Assembly (NCBI GenBank): GCA_963663965.2
Contig: CAXXFK010000008.1
Coordinates: 1 to 61,480 of the forward strand
Source of the DNA: Sedimentisphaerales bacterium
GTDB lineage: Bacteria > Planctomycetota > Phycisphaerae > Sedimentisphaerales > SM23-30
Direction: 5' to 3'
DNA length: 61,480 nucleotides
Positions 30,187-39,922 of the stretch are shown one piece after another. Below the pieces are notes generated by a model, which was not told the DNA's origin, searched no databases, and saw only the letters and a list, made by a program, of their open reading frames with translations. The translations under genes and the position numbers were made by a program. Numbering within the stretch: position 1 is the first letter of the stretch; each line of letters opens with the position of its first letter.

Positions 30187-30891
30187 TTAATTCTTTTGTT
30201 TAAAATACTTTGCATCAATCAGAATCGTATTGTCTTTGAGAAAAATTTTGATTGGTTGTAAAACGTTGACGTTTTTATTCGGCGGTGTCAGGCCTTCGAT
30301 TTCCAGACCTCGATAGATTTCCGGATCGGGTTTATCAGCCAGAATACAGGTAGTTTCATCCAGTTTACGGTATTTTGACCGCCAGATCAGAACATTGCCA
30401 TCCGCATAACGTCGTTCTATTTCGATTCGATCGCCATATTTGAACCGGACCAGGCAGGTCTGATAGCCGCCGGGCATGAAATCAGGTGCGTTGTTTTGAT
30501 CGGATTGTTGATAGACTTTATTGGCCAGCATGGCCGGTGGGGGGGGTAATGATTCAAAGGTAACCGATCCGGTTGGACGGGTATTGCTCCAGTTCAAGCC
30601 CTGCAGTTGATTGATTTCGGGCACAAGCCCCGGATCGATACCGTTCGGCTGGGCGCCAGTATTATCAGTCGATTCCGGAGTTGAATTGGCATCTGCCGGG
30701 TGGCCTTCTTTTTCCTGGGTCTGTGATTGAGTTTCCTGACCAGAAGATTGTGTGTCAGAATCACTGGAGGTATTCTGCGCGGAGGAATCAGATTCGCGTC
30801 CACCGGACTGGCCGGCCGGCTGACAGGATAACCGGCTGAACAGCAGCCAGATCACCAGAAGGATCAATAATAGTAATACGATTAGTCTCAT
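30187..30891 (-). CDS. Hypothetical N-terminally anchored exported protein, probably the last gene of the GTPase operon
   Basis: Hydrophobic N-terminus MRLIVLLLLILLVIWLLF, then a low-complexity S/Q/T linker and a globular C-terminus; 63 nt after the upstream stop. Confidence 0.6.
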   Translation of the reverse strand: MRLIVLLLLILLVIWLLFSRLSCQPAGQSGGRESDSSAQNTSSDSDTQSSGQETQSQTQEKEGHPADANSTPESTDNTGAQPNGIDPGLVPEINQLQGLNWSNTRPTGSVTFESLPPPPAMLANKVYQQSDQNNAPDFMPGGYQTCLVRFKYGDRIEIERRYADGNVLIWRSKYRKLDETTCILADKPDPEIYRGLEIEGLTPPNKNVNVLQPIKIFLKDNTILIDAKYFKQKN

Positions 30892-30954
30892 GATGGTTTG
30901 GTCATTTTCAAATGTGTGGTGTTGGATTCATGATACAGTCGCAGTTAGAAAAAA

Positions 30955-31860
30955 TTATTGAACCGGCAGGCTGTAAGCCGGGTAAACGACCAGGCCGGCT
31001 TGGGGTGAATAGTAGGCGGTCCGGTAGGAATAGTTCCGGTTCAAGACAGCATTTTTTATAATCTGAAAGGTTTTGAACGACTGGTCATCGCCGCAGACAA
31101 AGATATTAAGCGCGTTAAACGGTTTGATTGCGTCGAAAAAATCCTGGCCGGGTTGGCCGTTTTGCAGGGCATAACCCTGGCCTTTGATGGGTTCGACCTT
31201 GATGCCGGATTCCCCGGATTGGGAACTGATCCGGCAATGACCACAGGTGCGGGGGGCCGCGCCGACCTTCATGATAGGGTCGTTGAGACTGTAAACGACA
31301 TTTCCCATTATGACACAATCATAGAAATTGGAAAATTCCTGATAATGGGTGTAGGGCAGACGCATGTTCTGCGGCATTTCCGCGTTCTTATTTAACTGGC
31401 GGGCCAGCAGTTCGGTTTCTGCTTTCAGCGGACCGATCTGGGCAGTGAGTTCGGTTCGGGTTTGTTCCTGCCGGGACTGGTCGGCAATGGCTTCATCGAT
31501 CAACTGGTTAATGGCTTCCTGTTTGGCCTGGGCCAATATTAAGGCCTGTTCATACTGGGTGTTTTTTTCGATACTGGCGACGATTTCAGGCGTTAAGCGG
31601 TCCTGATACTGGTTTTGCAGATCCTGTTGGCGCTGGCGAACATCATCAATCAGCTGCTGAAGCCGGATATATTCGGCCTGAAGCTGCTGGCTTCGCACTG
31701 AATCGGCATCAAGGCGTTTCTGGCGGTTTTGCAACTGGTTGGCGGCTGTCTGTGTTTGCAGGACGATCAGCAACGTCATGAGAATAATGCCGCCAAAGAT
31801 ATTGCAGATGGTATCCAGCAGCATTTCGAGACTATCATTGTCGTTGCCTTTTTTTTTCAT
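30955..31860 (-). CDS. Single-pass ExbD/MotB-like membrane protein with coiled-coil stalk (subunit 2)
   Basis: Short basic N-terminus, then SLEMLLDTICNIFGGIILMTLLIVL (Asp in TM), about 120 aa of Q/E/L-rich coiled coil and an alpha/beta C-terminal domain; overlaps the upstream stop. Confidence 0.6.
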   Translation of the reverse strand: MKKKGNDNDSLEMLLDTICNIFGGIILMTLLIVLQTQTAANQLQNRQKRLDADSVRSQQLQAEYIRLQQLIDDVRQRQQDLQNQYQDRLTPEIVASIEKNTQYEQALILAQAKQEAINQLIDEAIADQSRQEQTRTELTAQIGPLKAETELLARQLNKNAEMPQNMRLPYTHYQEFSNFYDCVIMGNVVYSLNDPIMKVGAAPRTCGHCRISSQSGESGIKVEPIKGQGYALQNGQPGQDFFDAIKPFNALNIFVCGDDQSFKTFQIIKNAVLNRNYSYRTAYYSPQAGLVVYPAYSLPVQ

Positions 31861-32654
31861 GGCGCGATTTCAAATAAATTCCGGGTTTCAGGGATGAGAT
31901 CCAGTCCAATAGTAAACCCTTGATCTTTCATGGCGTGTTGAATATCGTCGGCATAGAAAACACCGGACGGTTTCACGAACAGAACAAAATAGTAGCGGGA
32001 TTTATCCCGTTGCCCGGCCCAGGCCATGAAGCGGGCGATTCGGGTTTCGAGCGCCTCACCGGCAAAGACGGTGATGTTGTTGATCCCGAGATCGGAAACG
32101 ACCAGACGATGTTCAGTCAGTTCCACCAGAATGGGCATCTGGGTACACAACTCATCCAGAATAAATGCGATCGGGGGTTTGTTCTGGATCTCGTCGATAC
32201 CGCCCAGAAGAGTCTCACGGTATTGTTGTAATCCCTGCAACTGGTTTTGAAGCGCTTGCAGTCTGGCCTGCATCTGGTAATTATCCAGTGAAAGCTTTTC
32301 AAATCGTTTGATATCCCGGGCGATCTGGTCCATAAGGATTTTGAGCGAATCCCGGGATTCGCTCAGAGTTGTTTTAAGGTGATCCTGACCTTCGCCGGCC
32401 CGGTTGACATGTTGCATCATGGTGATTAGCTTTTCCTGTTCCAGGGATAGCGTGTCGCGCAGCGACTGGCATTGGTTTTCGAGTAGATCGAATTCATTGA
32501 CGGCTGACGGACTGGGCGCGGCCGAAGGCGCGGCCTGGGTCAGGTTCAGGGCCATGATGAATACGATAAAAAACAGGATGCCGATCACGGAGGCCATGAC
32601 ATCCTGAAAAGCGAACAAACTGATGCGCGCGGTTTTTATCTTTGATCGGGCCAT
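31857..32654 (-). CDS. Single-pass ExbD/MotB-like membrane protein with coiled-coil stalk (subunit 1)
   Basis: ATG at 32654 (MARSK); ISLFAFQDVMASVIGILFFIVFIMAL (Asp in TM); coiled coil; C-terminal YFVLFVKPSG...GLDLIP. Confidence 0.6.
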   Translation of the reverse strand: MARSKIKTARISLFAFQDVMASVIGILFFIVFIMALNLTQAAPSAAPSPSAVNEFDLLENQCQSLRDTLSLEQEKLITMMQHVNRAGEGQDHLKTTLSESRDSLKILMDQIARDIKRFEKLSLDNYQMQARLQALQNQLQGLQQYRETLLGGIDEIQNKPPIAFILDELCTQMPILVELTEHRLVVSDLGINNITVFAGEALETRIARFMAWAGQRDKSRYYFVLFVKPSGVFYADDIQHAMKDQGFTIGLDLIPETRNLFEIAP

Positions 32655-32659
32655 AAGTG

Positions 32660-33529
32660 TTACATGGATGAGAGTCGTAATTTGGAGACGATGTGTTTCT
32701 GGCAATAATCCTTGCAGTCATCCAGAAACTGTTCCTCGCGCCGCTGGACCCCGATCATCAGCATGTGGATGATGAGGGTGGCGACCAGACCTTCCAGGGT
32801 GGTTTCAAAAGCGGTGCTCAATCCGCCGGTGACCGTTTGCAACGCGTCTTTCAGCTGGTCCATTTGCTGGGCGGCCGCCAGGACGCCGCCAAAGGATCCC
32901 AGCGCGACGGAAAGCCCCAGTACCGTGCCGACAAAACCCAGCACTGGAATTGCCCAGATCAGACCGCGTAACAGGGTATAGCTGGAATCGATGGCGGATT
33001 CGTCATGCTCGGACTGGGTGTTGAGGATCTTGTCGACATCGGAGATATTGCCGATATTGCGCAGGTTGCCCAGCGCGATCAGGATCCGGCGGGTCAGAAT
33101 GAATTCCTGCGGGTCTTCCACCTCTTTATTCAACTTGGCGATGACCTGTTCAACCGATACCGGGGTGATAATGAATCCGGGTGAATCCGGCGGGATGATG
33201 TTCAGTTTTAATGCGGAGACCTGGGTTTTGAGTTTACGCGCTTTAATAAAAAGCACCCCGAGCGCCCAGGCAGTAAAAAAGACAATGAAATAGGGGATCA
33301 AGCCCCGCTGGGTGAACATGTCGATATAGTTTTGGGGAATGGATATCATGGGTAGCGCGAGATAGAAAATCACCGAAAGCGCAATGGCGATGATCAGGGG
33401 AGCCAGACTGCCGGGATGGGTAAATTTGCCGGCGGGCAGGACAAGTTTTTTCTCGAAATCCTGTCGACGCCAGGATAACCAGGGTCGTGAAGCAATCGAT
33501 TCATTTACTTTTTCGGCAATTGTTTTCAT
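32660..33529 (-). CDS. MotA/TolQ/ExbB proton-channel family protein
   Basis: IPVLGFVGTVLGL and GLSTAFETTLEGLVATL TM motifs; two additional N-terminal TMs. Confidence 0.88.
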   Translation of the reverse strand: MKTIAEKVNESIASRPWLSWRRQDFEKKLVLPAGKFTHPGSLAPLIIAIALSVIFYLALPMISIPQNYIDMFTQRGLIPYFIVFFTAWALGVLFIKARKLKTQVSALKLNIIPPDSPGFIITPVSVEQVIAKLNKEVEDPQEFILTRRILIALGNLRNIGNISDVDKILNTQSEHDESAIDSSYTLLRGLIWAIPVLGFVGTVLGLSVALGSFGGVLAAAQQMDQLKDALQTVTGGLSTAFETTLEGLVATLIIHMLMIGVQRREEQFLDDCKDYCQKHIVSKLRLSSM

Positions 33530-36423
33530 TGGGACTCCTGGCTGGAAATCGTATCATTTCGGATAAAGAGAATGGCGCCATCCATGACATGGGTCAGGTT
33601 CATACCTGGTGGATTACCGGCGTCGACCATTGGCAGCGACTGAGGTGCGAACCGGCCTCCATTATCAAGCGCCAGTTGATAGACAGTGACCGGCGGTTCC
33701 GGAGCCCAATCGCCGGCGCCGCAAAGCCGGCCGTCAATCACGATGCCGATCGGCTCATAAGAAGCCAGTTGAAAACGCCAGTCGGCCCGGCGGGCATCCT
33801 GTTCACGCCCGGCGGCTTGAAAATCATTTTGGAGCGCCTCAAGGATACGCTGGGCCCTGGGACGAATGGCGGTGGCTTCCACGCTATCGGGATCCATCCA
33901 GGCTACGTCGAGGTCAATCTCATCGATACGATTACGCATCCGGACAATCGCATCGTTGGTCCAGGGTTGACTTTTTTCGAGGTAGTCCGCCAGCAGCCGC
34001 GCCAGCGATATACTCAGGATGGGATCGCATTTGCTCTGGATCGTGTCATGCAGGCAGGCCAGCAAGGTCTGGCTGCAGTTGGGTTGCGAAGTTAAGCGGC
34101 CTTGCTCAATGTGAGCGTTTATTTTGCGGTACAAATCGTTTTGCGGCGCATCGGCCAGCGTGTTGCGGACATCGGTCCAGGACAATGAAACTGACCGGGT
34201 ATTACCGCTGCCGTTATAGAAATAATCGAGTTTGCAGTTTTTTTCGCCCAGTTCCTTCTTTTCGAATATGGCATCGACGGTCAACTGGCCCGAAACATAA
34301 TAGGTCTTGTCACCGGATTGGGCCATCTTGCAATCGGACATGAGCGGCACACTCATAATGGAAATCAATTCATCGTAATAGATAAACAGGTCTGCTTCCC
34401 AGGCGGGTTTGATCTTATTGAAATAGTCCAGGCACGCCTGAGCGGTAGGGGCGTTGGCCGCATTGGGATACGTCTGGCAATAGGTCTGGATCAAAGGATA
34501 CAGCTGGTCGATCTGCCGGGCGTGAGTCACCAGGCCGTCGCCGGACATGCGGGCGCGAATCGCGCGCCATTGTGCCATGGCGGCAACCGAATCATAACTG
34601 GGAAGTTGTGCTTTGAATCCGATCGTATGACGGTCCCTGGGATAGTTTTCGATGAACTGTTGCACCATGGCCGCAATGCGTTCCGGTCTTGAAATGCTTG
34701 AAATCATTTCATCAATGATTTTATTGATATCCCGTTCCGTATGAGCGCGCCGGAGAAAATCCTCACTGGACTGGCTGATGCCCCGGGCGCGTGCGGCGAT
34801 ATGTGCGAACACCCTGGGACTGTTCATGAGCTGCGTGGCATGAAATTTACATTTTTCCACTTCCTGGGTAATCGTGTCAATATTGTCAAGAGGCAGGCTA
34901 GTTAAAGTTGAGTACAGGGTTTCCAGATCGGCCAGTTGCTGCTTATAGGTCTCATTCAGCCGGCGCTGCTCGGCGTCTTCGCTTTTCAGATAAGCCTGGC
35001 GGTGAGGCTCAATCAACGCTTTTTCCCGGGCTGTCCGGGTCAGCTTGTCAACCTGAACAAACAACTGGGCCGAATAATCTCCCGCTTCAAGCCGGGCCAT
35101 GCACTCGGCCAGTTCCGAACGGCGCGCCTGTTCGTTTTGCTCCATGAGCGCAAACTCTCCCTGCAAGCTCTGAATTTCCGGATCAGTCAGGATCCGGGGG
35201 TGTTTCTTCAACTCATCAAACAGCGCGGCAGTCGCTTCAAAGTTGTCCTGGGTCAGGGCGGCCGTCAGGTTGGTCTGCCATTTATTAATATTCTGCCGCA
35301 GCATCTGGGCATCGATCAACCAGGCCGCACCGCCGGCCAACAGCGCCAGCGTGACCACGACCGCCACCAGGCGGGTGATAAAACGGGCATGCGCCTTTTT
35401 CTCCAGCTCTTTGCGTTTGGTGTTATAGCGTAACGCCAGCAGTTCGGGAAAATCCATTTCAAATGACAAAACCCGGGCCGCCAGTTCATCCAGTTCCGCC
35501 AGATCGCCTCCCGGCTCACTCACAAATTGATCGAGGGTTTCACAGGCCTGAAGATAATCTAACTCTTTCTGTTGCTGTTCGATTACTTCACAGATCCAGG
35601 CGCGGGCGGCTTCGGTCTGCCGCTCCAGTTCGGCGTCAGGTCCGATTCCGTATTGATCCTGTAAATCCTGCCAACCCTGGTAAAGACCGGTCATTTCCAG
35701 ATCATCCATGTGTTCATGGGCCTGGAGCATCAAAGCCGCCAGATCCCGATAACGCCGGTTGACGGCCTGTTTACGATGGGGCACGATTAAATCGCGAACC
35801 CGGGTCAGCAAATTGGCGGCCTGAGGATCCTGCCAGGTGGCATCCTGCAATTCACCGGCAATCCGTTCCAGGGCGGGCAGATCGCCTTCGCGATCGGCGC
35901 GCACCGCTTCCACGCTGAGATGTTCCAGCCAGGCCTTTTCGAACAGGGCGATATCTTTTTTCCAGAATGCCGAGCTGGCATCCAGCTCGGCCAGTTTGCG
36001 CAGGACATGGAGTCGTTCGCCCAGTGAACCGCGGCTTAAAGCCAGCAATCGGTGCCGGCGTAACAGCGCGGCATATTCAGGCCGGGCGGAATACAATGCA
36101 TTGATAGTGCGGGTAATCATTTCCGGGATAACCAGATGGCATCGCGGTAAGTCATAATTTTCACAGAGAGTCCACCAATCGTTCACTGTTTCAAAATCGA
36201 CCAGTTCATATTCCGCCTTAAGGTCCGGGTTTTTCTGCACCAGACTCAAGGCTTCAGCCCGTTTGTTTTCTTTTAGTAATCGATCCGCATGGAACGCTTT
36301 TTCCATGATCCGCGTGCAAGCCTGGGCATGCGTTTCCGCGTAGGGATAAAGTGTCTCGCGTTCCACCGTTCGGCCGGACGCGATAATCTCTTTGATGGCT
36401 CTGACGGCTTCCTGTGTCGTCAT
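33526..36423 (-). CDS. Large alpha-helical/coiled-coil single-pass membrane protein of unknown function
   Basis: 965 aa, rich in A/L/E/R/Q; one TM near residue 350-370 (LVAVVVTLALLAGGAAWLI); RBS gaggt; stop overlaps the next ATG. Confidence 0.7.
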   Translation of the reverse strand: MTTQEAVRAIKEIIASGRTVERETLYPYAETHAQACTRIMEKAFHADRLLKENKRAEALSLVQKNPDLKAEYELVDFETVNDWWTLCENYDLPRCHLVIPEMITRTINALYSARPEYAALLRRHRLLALSRGSLGERLHVLRKLAELDASSAFWKKDIALFEKAWLEHLSVEAVRADREGDLPALERIAGELQDATWQDPQAANLLTRVRDLIVPHRKQAVNRRYRDLAALMLQAHEHMDDLEMTGLYQGWQDLQDQYGIGPDAELERQTEAARAWICEVIEQQQKELDYLQACETLDQFVSEPGGDLAELDELAARVLSFEMDFPELLALRYNTKRKELEKKAHARFITRLVAVVVTLALLAGGAAWLIDAQMLRQNINKWQTNLTAALTQDNFEATAALFDELKKHPRILTDPEIQSLQGEFALMEQNEQARRSELAECMARLEAGDYSAQLFVQVDKLTRTAREKALIEPHRQAYLKSEDAEQRRLNETYKQQLADLETLYSTLTSLPLDNIDTITQEVEKCKFHATQLMNSPRVFAHIAARARGISQSSEDFLRRAHTERDINKIIDEMISSISRPERIAAMVQQFIENYPRDRHTIGFKAQLPSYDSVAAMAQWRAIRARMSGDGLVTHARQIDQLYPLIQTYCQTYPNAANAPTAQACLDYFNKIKPAWEADLFIYYDELISIMSVPLMSDCKMAQSGDKTYYVSGQLTVDAIFEKKELGEKNCKLDYFYNGSGNTRSVSLSWTDVRNTLADAPQNDLYRKINAHIEQGRLTSQPNCSQTLLACLHDTIQSKCDPILSISLARLLADYLEKSQPWTNDAIVRMRNRIDEIDLDVAWMDPDSVEATAIRPRAQRILEALQNDFQAAGREQDARRADWRFQLASYEPIGIVIDGRLCGAGDWAPEPPVTVYQLALDNGGRFAPQSLPMVDAGNPPGMNLTHVMDGAILFIRNDTISSQESQ

Positions 36424-36433
36424 CTTTTACCTC

Positions 36434-38614
36434 TCATGGCTGGTTGATCTCCCGTAAGGACAAAGCGATATTGGCGACCGGAAGCCCCCAGGCATCGATC
36501 ACCGGGATGGTCTCTTTCCGGAGTTTGCCGGAAATTGCCTGATACGACGGTTGCGGAATCTCCGCATGAGCCTCCTGCAGCCGGCGTAATTGTGTCTTCA
36601 AATCAGCCACTAAGTCCTGGTTCTTCCGGGCGGCCGATTCTTCCCGGGCGATTTCCTCTTGCAGGCGATTCGACTCAATTTTGTCTGTTTCATATCGGCA
36701 GGCGCGATTGATCATGCCATGGGTGTCCTCTATTTCAATATCGATCTGACCATTGTTTTTGAGCCGGCAGGTCAATTGATATTCATCCTGACTGTCGCGA
36801 TAAACGGTATTGTCTTTGTGATCAATGCATAATAACGACTGGGCCGGGTAATCGTCAACGGTAATGACGGTCGATTGGCCCGGAAAACAGATACCCGTCA
36901 AGGTATAGGGCGGTTGTTTTCGATATTGGAAGACTTTCTTTTCGGAATCCGATACGAATTCCAGAACATAATAATTAAGCCAGGATTCCGTTCCGGGGTC
37001 ATGTGACAGGTGACGGAGTATCCGGTGTCCCTGGCTTTCATCGATCGCGTATTCAATGGTACCCAGTCTGGGCAGGGCGATATTGTTGGAAGGCAACGGG
37101 ATGGTGATGGCCAATTGCGATTGATGGATGGCATGGCTGATCGAACCGCCCGCTGAACCGGTCGCGACATTTTTCAGCTTATTGATCCGCTCATAAACGG
37201 CCACCGACCGGCCCAGGTCGATGGTTTCAGGATTGCCATACAAGACAATTTTATCATACCCTGCCGGGAACTCCGAGTCGTTGGGTTTTGTTCGGAGCCG
37301 GCTTTCCAGTGGGGGCAATCCTTCAGAATTGACATTCTTTATATTCGAGTCGGAACGACCGGGATTTGATGAGTGGTTCTGGCTGGTTTGATCCGTTTTA
37401 GCAGGAATCGCCAGGGGTTGAGAGTGGGTGTCGAGGGCCCGGGGCGGTTTGTTTTGTTCAGATGCAGAAGCATTGTCAGTCATTTGTGACTCTAAGTCAT
37501 GGGTGTCCGGGACACGGTCGGACTGATGGCTGCGAATAATCGACCAGATAATGATACTGATAACCAGGACAAATACCGGTACCAGAATCCAGAGAATCTG
37601 AAGGATCTGGTTGTTATGATTGCGGCGCGCGGCAGACCAGTAAACCGGCGTCTCTTCATCAGCTTGAGTTTGCTGTAAATCCCGCAGTCCAAACAAATCA
37701 TCGTCGACCGGCGCGGTGGTGTCATAAAGCGAAGGATCATAGCTATTCTTCTCGCCGGGAGGTTGGGATCTGGCGGTTTGCGTGATCGGAGCCGGCGCCC
37801 GGCCCTGACGGGCCGCCGCGACGTAACGGCTCGCGCTGGTGAGTGGTGGCAGTGGGCCGGTTAAATCGATGACCTGCGGCGCGCGGTAGCGTTCAATTTC
37901 CTGTTGGGCGCGCGAGCCTTTTATCAGTGCCCGCCAATGATAATGACAACCCGTGGGCAATTGAGTGTAGTAGGTCGCGAATCCCACCTGCCATCTTTCT
38001 TCCGATGGCAGCAGGCGCAACGCCTCGACGAACAAATCTAATACAGGCAAACCCGGCTGATAGATGATGAAGACAGGATTTTCCGGGTCGTTCCGGTATT
38101 GCTCGATCAGCCATCCGGCCCAGCCGGGATCTCCGGTCAGGGTCTGCCAGTTGGCAAGCTGGACGCCCGCCTGGTCAGTCCGGGGCAGTTGTTCGGTGAT
38201 GTGGCCATAGGGCAGTTCGCACGGAGCCTGTTGCCAGACTTCTCGAAACAGCCGGTTTTGCTGGATCTGCTGAATCATCCAGGCGGGACCGGCCGGGTGC
38301 AGGTCTTCGCCGGTCAGAAGGATATGATGGGCGATCTTATTGGCGCGACCGGTATAATCGGTGCCGCTGGCGGCCACCCGCGAAAGGACATGTTGGGAAC
38401 GATTGGCAACCGAAATGATCGTATGGGCAAAATTAACCGGGTTATGGTGATAGTTGGAATCGGACAGCGGGTACGCGAATTCATAACCGCTGAGCATTTC
38501 CATTTTTCCGGCGATGGCACGTGAAAGCCCGGCCGTCACGGCCACCGTGCAAAAACCGCGGCTGCCCTGTTTGAGACCCTGCTGACTGGAGGTGTAAATC
38601 AGTTCACTGCTCAT
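36434..38614 (-). CDS. GTPase-associated protein 1 (GAP1-N2/GAP1-M-like) membrane protein
   Basis: N-terminus ELIYTS..GL..GSRGFCTVA.T.G...EMLSGY and DYTGRANKIAHH; middle TGDPGWAGWL and EALRLLPSEERWQVGFATY; central TM; lies directly after a GTPase gene; strong RBS aggagga. Confidence 0.7.
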   Translation of the reverse strand: MSSELIYTSSQQGLKQGSRGFCTVAVTAGLSRAIAGKMEMLSGYEFAYPLSDSNYHHNPVNFAHTIISVANRSQHVLSRVAASGTDYTGRANKIAHHILLTGEDLHPAGPAWMIQQIQQNRLFREVWQQAPCELPYGHITEQLPRTDQAGVQLANWQTLTGDPGWAGWLIEQYRNDPENPVFIIYQPGLPVLDLFVEALRLLPSEERWQVGFATYYTQLPTGCHYHWRALIKGSRAQQEIERYRAPQVIDLTGPLPPLTSASRYVAAARQGRAPAPITQTARSQPPGEKNSYDPSLYDTTAPVDDDLFGLRDLQQTQADEETPVYWSAARRNHNNQILQILWILVPVFVLVISIIIWSIIRSHQSDRVPDTHDLESQMTDNASASEQNKPPRALDTHSQPLAIPAKTDQTSQNHSSNPGRSDSNIKNVNSEGLPPLESRLRTKPNDSEFPAGYDKIVLYGNPETIDLGRSVAVYERINKLKNVATGSAGGSISHAIHQSQLAITIPLPSNNIALPRLGTIEYAIDESQGHRILRHLSHDPGTESWLNYYVLEFVSDSEKKVFQYRKQPPYTLTGICFPGQSTVITVDDYPAQSLLCIDHKDNTVYRDSQDEYQLTCRLKNNGQIDIEIEDTHGMINRACRYETDKIESNRLQEEIAREESAARKNQDLVADLKTQLRRLQEAHAEIPQPSYQAISGKLRKETIPVIDAWGLPVANIALSLREINQP

Positions 38615-38620
38615 GACCGG

Positions 38621-39898
38621 TTAATCCTCCTGTCTGGATGAACCGGCTGCAGGTATGATGCCGGTGGCCCATTTGCACAACGAATACAATAACGGAATGG
38701 TCGCCCAGCGGGGATGAACCTGACTGGGTTGGATGCCGTAGAATTCGCGGCCGGCTTCACGGATGAATTGCGGAGGAGTACCCAGGCTGCTGACGGGAAT
38801 ATACACCACGGTTGAGGTAATATCATCGGCACAGGTATTGAGTTCGGGACAGATCTCTTCGAACAAGGTATGTAGCCGGGCGCTATAGCGTTCGATCCGG
38901 GCCGTGTCGAGACTTAAACCGCCTTCGCTGTTCTGAATGAACGGTTCGCTGGTAATATCTATCCCGTCAATTCCCCGATACGCGTCGAACTTCGGTACAA
39001 TGACCACCAGGGGCGCTTTGACGCGCGCCTGATCGGGCAGGCCGGAATAACGGCGTATTTGTAAGGCGACATTCCTGAGAATCGATTCCTGCCGGATGGG
39101 TTGTTTGGCCGTTCGTAGCCGGTCATCCGTGCAGAAACGGGCAAATCGTGGATCCTGGGTCAGATCGAACAACATAAAGCAGATATTCGATTTGGCCAGG
39201 TGACGGGTTGCCACGGAAGAAAAGTCCTCGCTTTGCGGCAGGTAATCCTCGCCGGCATTGTCATACAGCACGATCGCTCTGCCGTTGCGATGTCCCTGAC
39301 GATAGCGGGGATGGGTCCGCGCCAACCGGGTGGTGAACTGGATCGGGCTGGGGCAGCGTACCGGAACATCTTTGCGCATGACCATGCGATATAAACGGGG
39401 ATCATCCGCCTGGGTTTTGGGGATCTGAGTGGGGGATTCCGGATCCGGATTCATAAAGAGCAGATTCTCATAATCGGCGATGACGCTGTTGGCAAAAGGA
39501 TCCGAATCGATAAATTGCAGCTTGAATTGCGGCATTGTATTGCGCAGGCACCAGATCATACTGGTCAGGAAATAGGATTTGCCGGCTCCCGGAGCGCCCA
39601 CCAGTGAAATAAACAAGGGAGCGATTTCCAATAGCTGTTCGTGGATTTCCAGATGGCAATGCGGACAGGCCATGGTGGAGGTGGGCGCTTCCCGGTCGTC
39701 CAGTGCGTCGCCATCGAGATTGAACCGCATGGGAGAAAACCGTAAAAACTCATTACTGCCGATGACCGGATCGCCGATCAAATCGGGATGCCGGGCGACG
39801 AAAAGAATCTCTTCCGGTGAAAACCGGGCCCAGCAGTTGGGGCAGACAATCCGCTTGACCAGCTTTCGTTCGCGTCGATCTGTGTTATCGATTTTCAC
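38621..39898 (-). CDS. TRAFAC-class GTPase of the GTPase-centred conflict-system type (DO-GTPase2-like) with N-terminal Zn-ribbon
   Basis: CPNC...CPHC; G1 GAPGAGKS; G2-like PKT; G3 DNAGE; G4 PKFD; G5-like VSSLG; RBS gaggtg before the GTG start. Confidence 0.8.
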   Translation of the reverse strand: MKIDNTDRRERKLVKRIVCPNCWARFSPEEILFVARHPDLIGDPVIGSNEFLRFSPMRFNLDGDALDDREAPTSTMACPHCHLEIHEQLLEIAPLFISLVGAPGAGKSYFLTSMIWCLRNTMPQFKLQFIDSDPFANSVIADYENLLFMNPDPESPTQIPKTQADDPRLYRMVMRKDVPVRCPSPIQFTTRLARTHPRYRQGHRNGRAIVLYDNAGEDYLPQSEDFSSVATRHLAKSNICFMLFDLTQDPRFARFCTDDRLRTAKQPIRQESILRNVALQIRRYSGLPDQARVKAPLVVIVPKFDAYRGIDGIDITSEPFIQNSEGGLSLDTARIERYSARLHTLFEEICPELNTCADDITSTVVYIPVSSLGTPPQFIREAGREFYGIQPSQVHPRWATIPLLYSLCKWATGIIPAAGSSRQED

Positions 39899-39922
39899 TG
39901 CCAGGTCACCTCTATAATGATA

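Noticed and set aside
32655..32705. ORF-track N-terminal extensions (32705, 7725, 16003, 57896, 42248)
   Set aside because: They overlap upstream genes or lack an RBS; downstream ATGs fit operon spacing, RBS position or signal peptides better.
30955..33529. Calling the MotA-like locus Zorya, Tol-Pal, TonB-ExbBD or flagellar motAB
   Set aside because: The MotA-like protein has no long ZorA-type tail, the partners lack an OmpA-like motif, and no ZorC/D/E, TolA/TolB/Pal, TonB or flagellar genes are adjacent.
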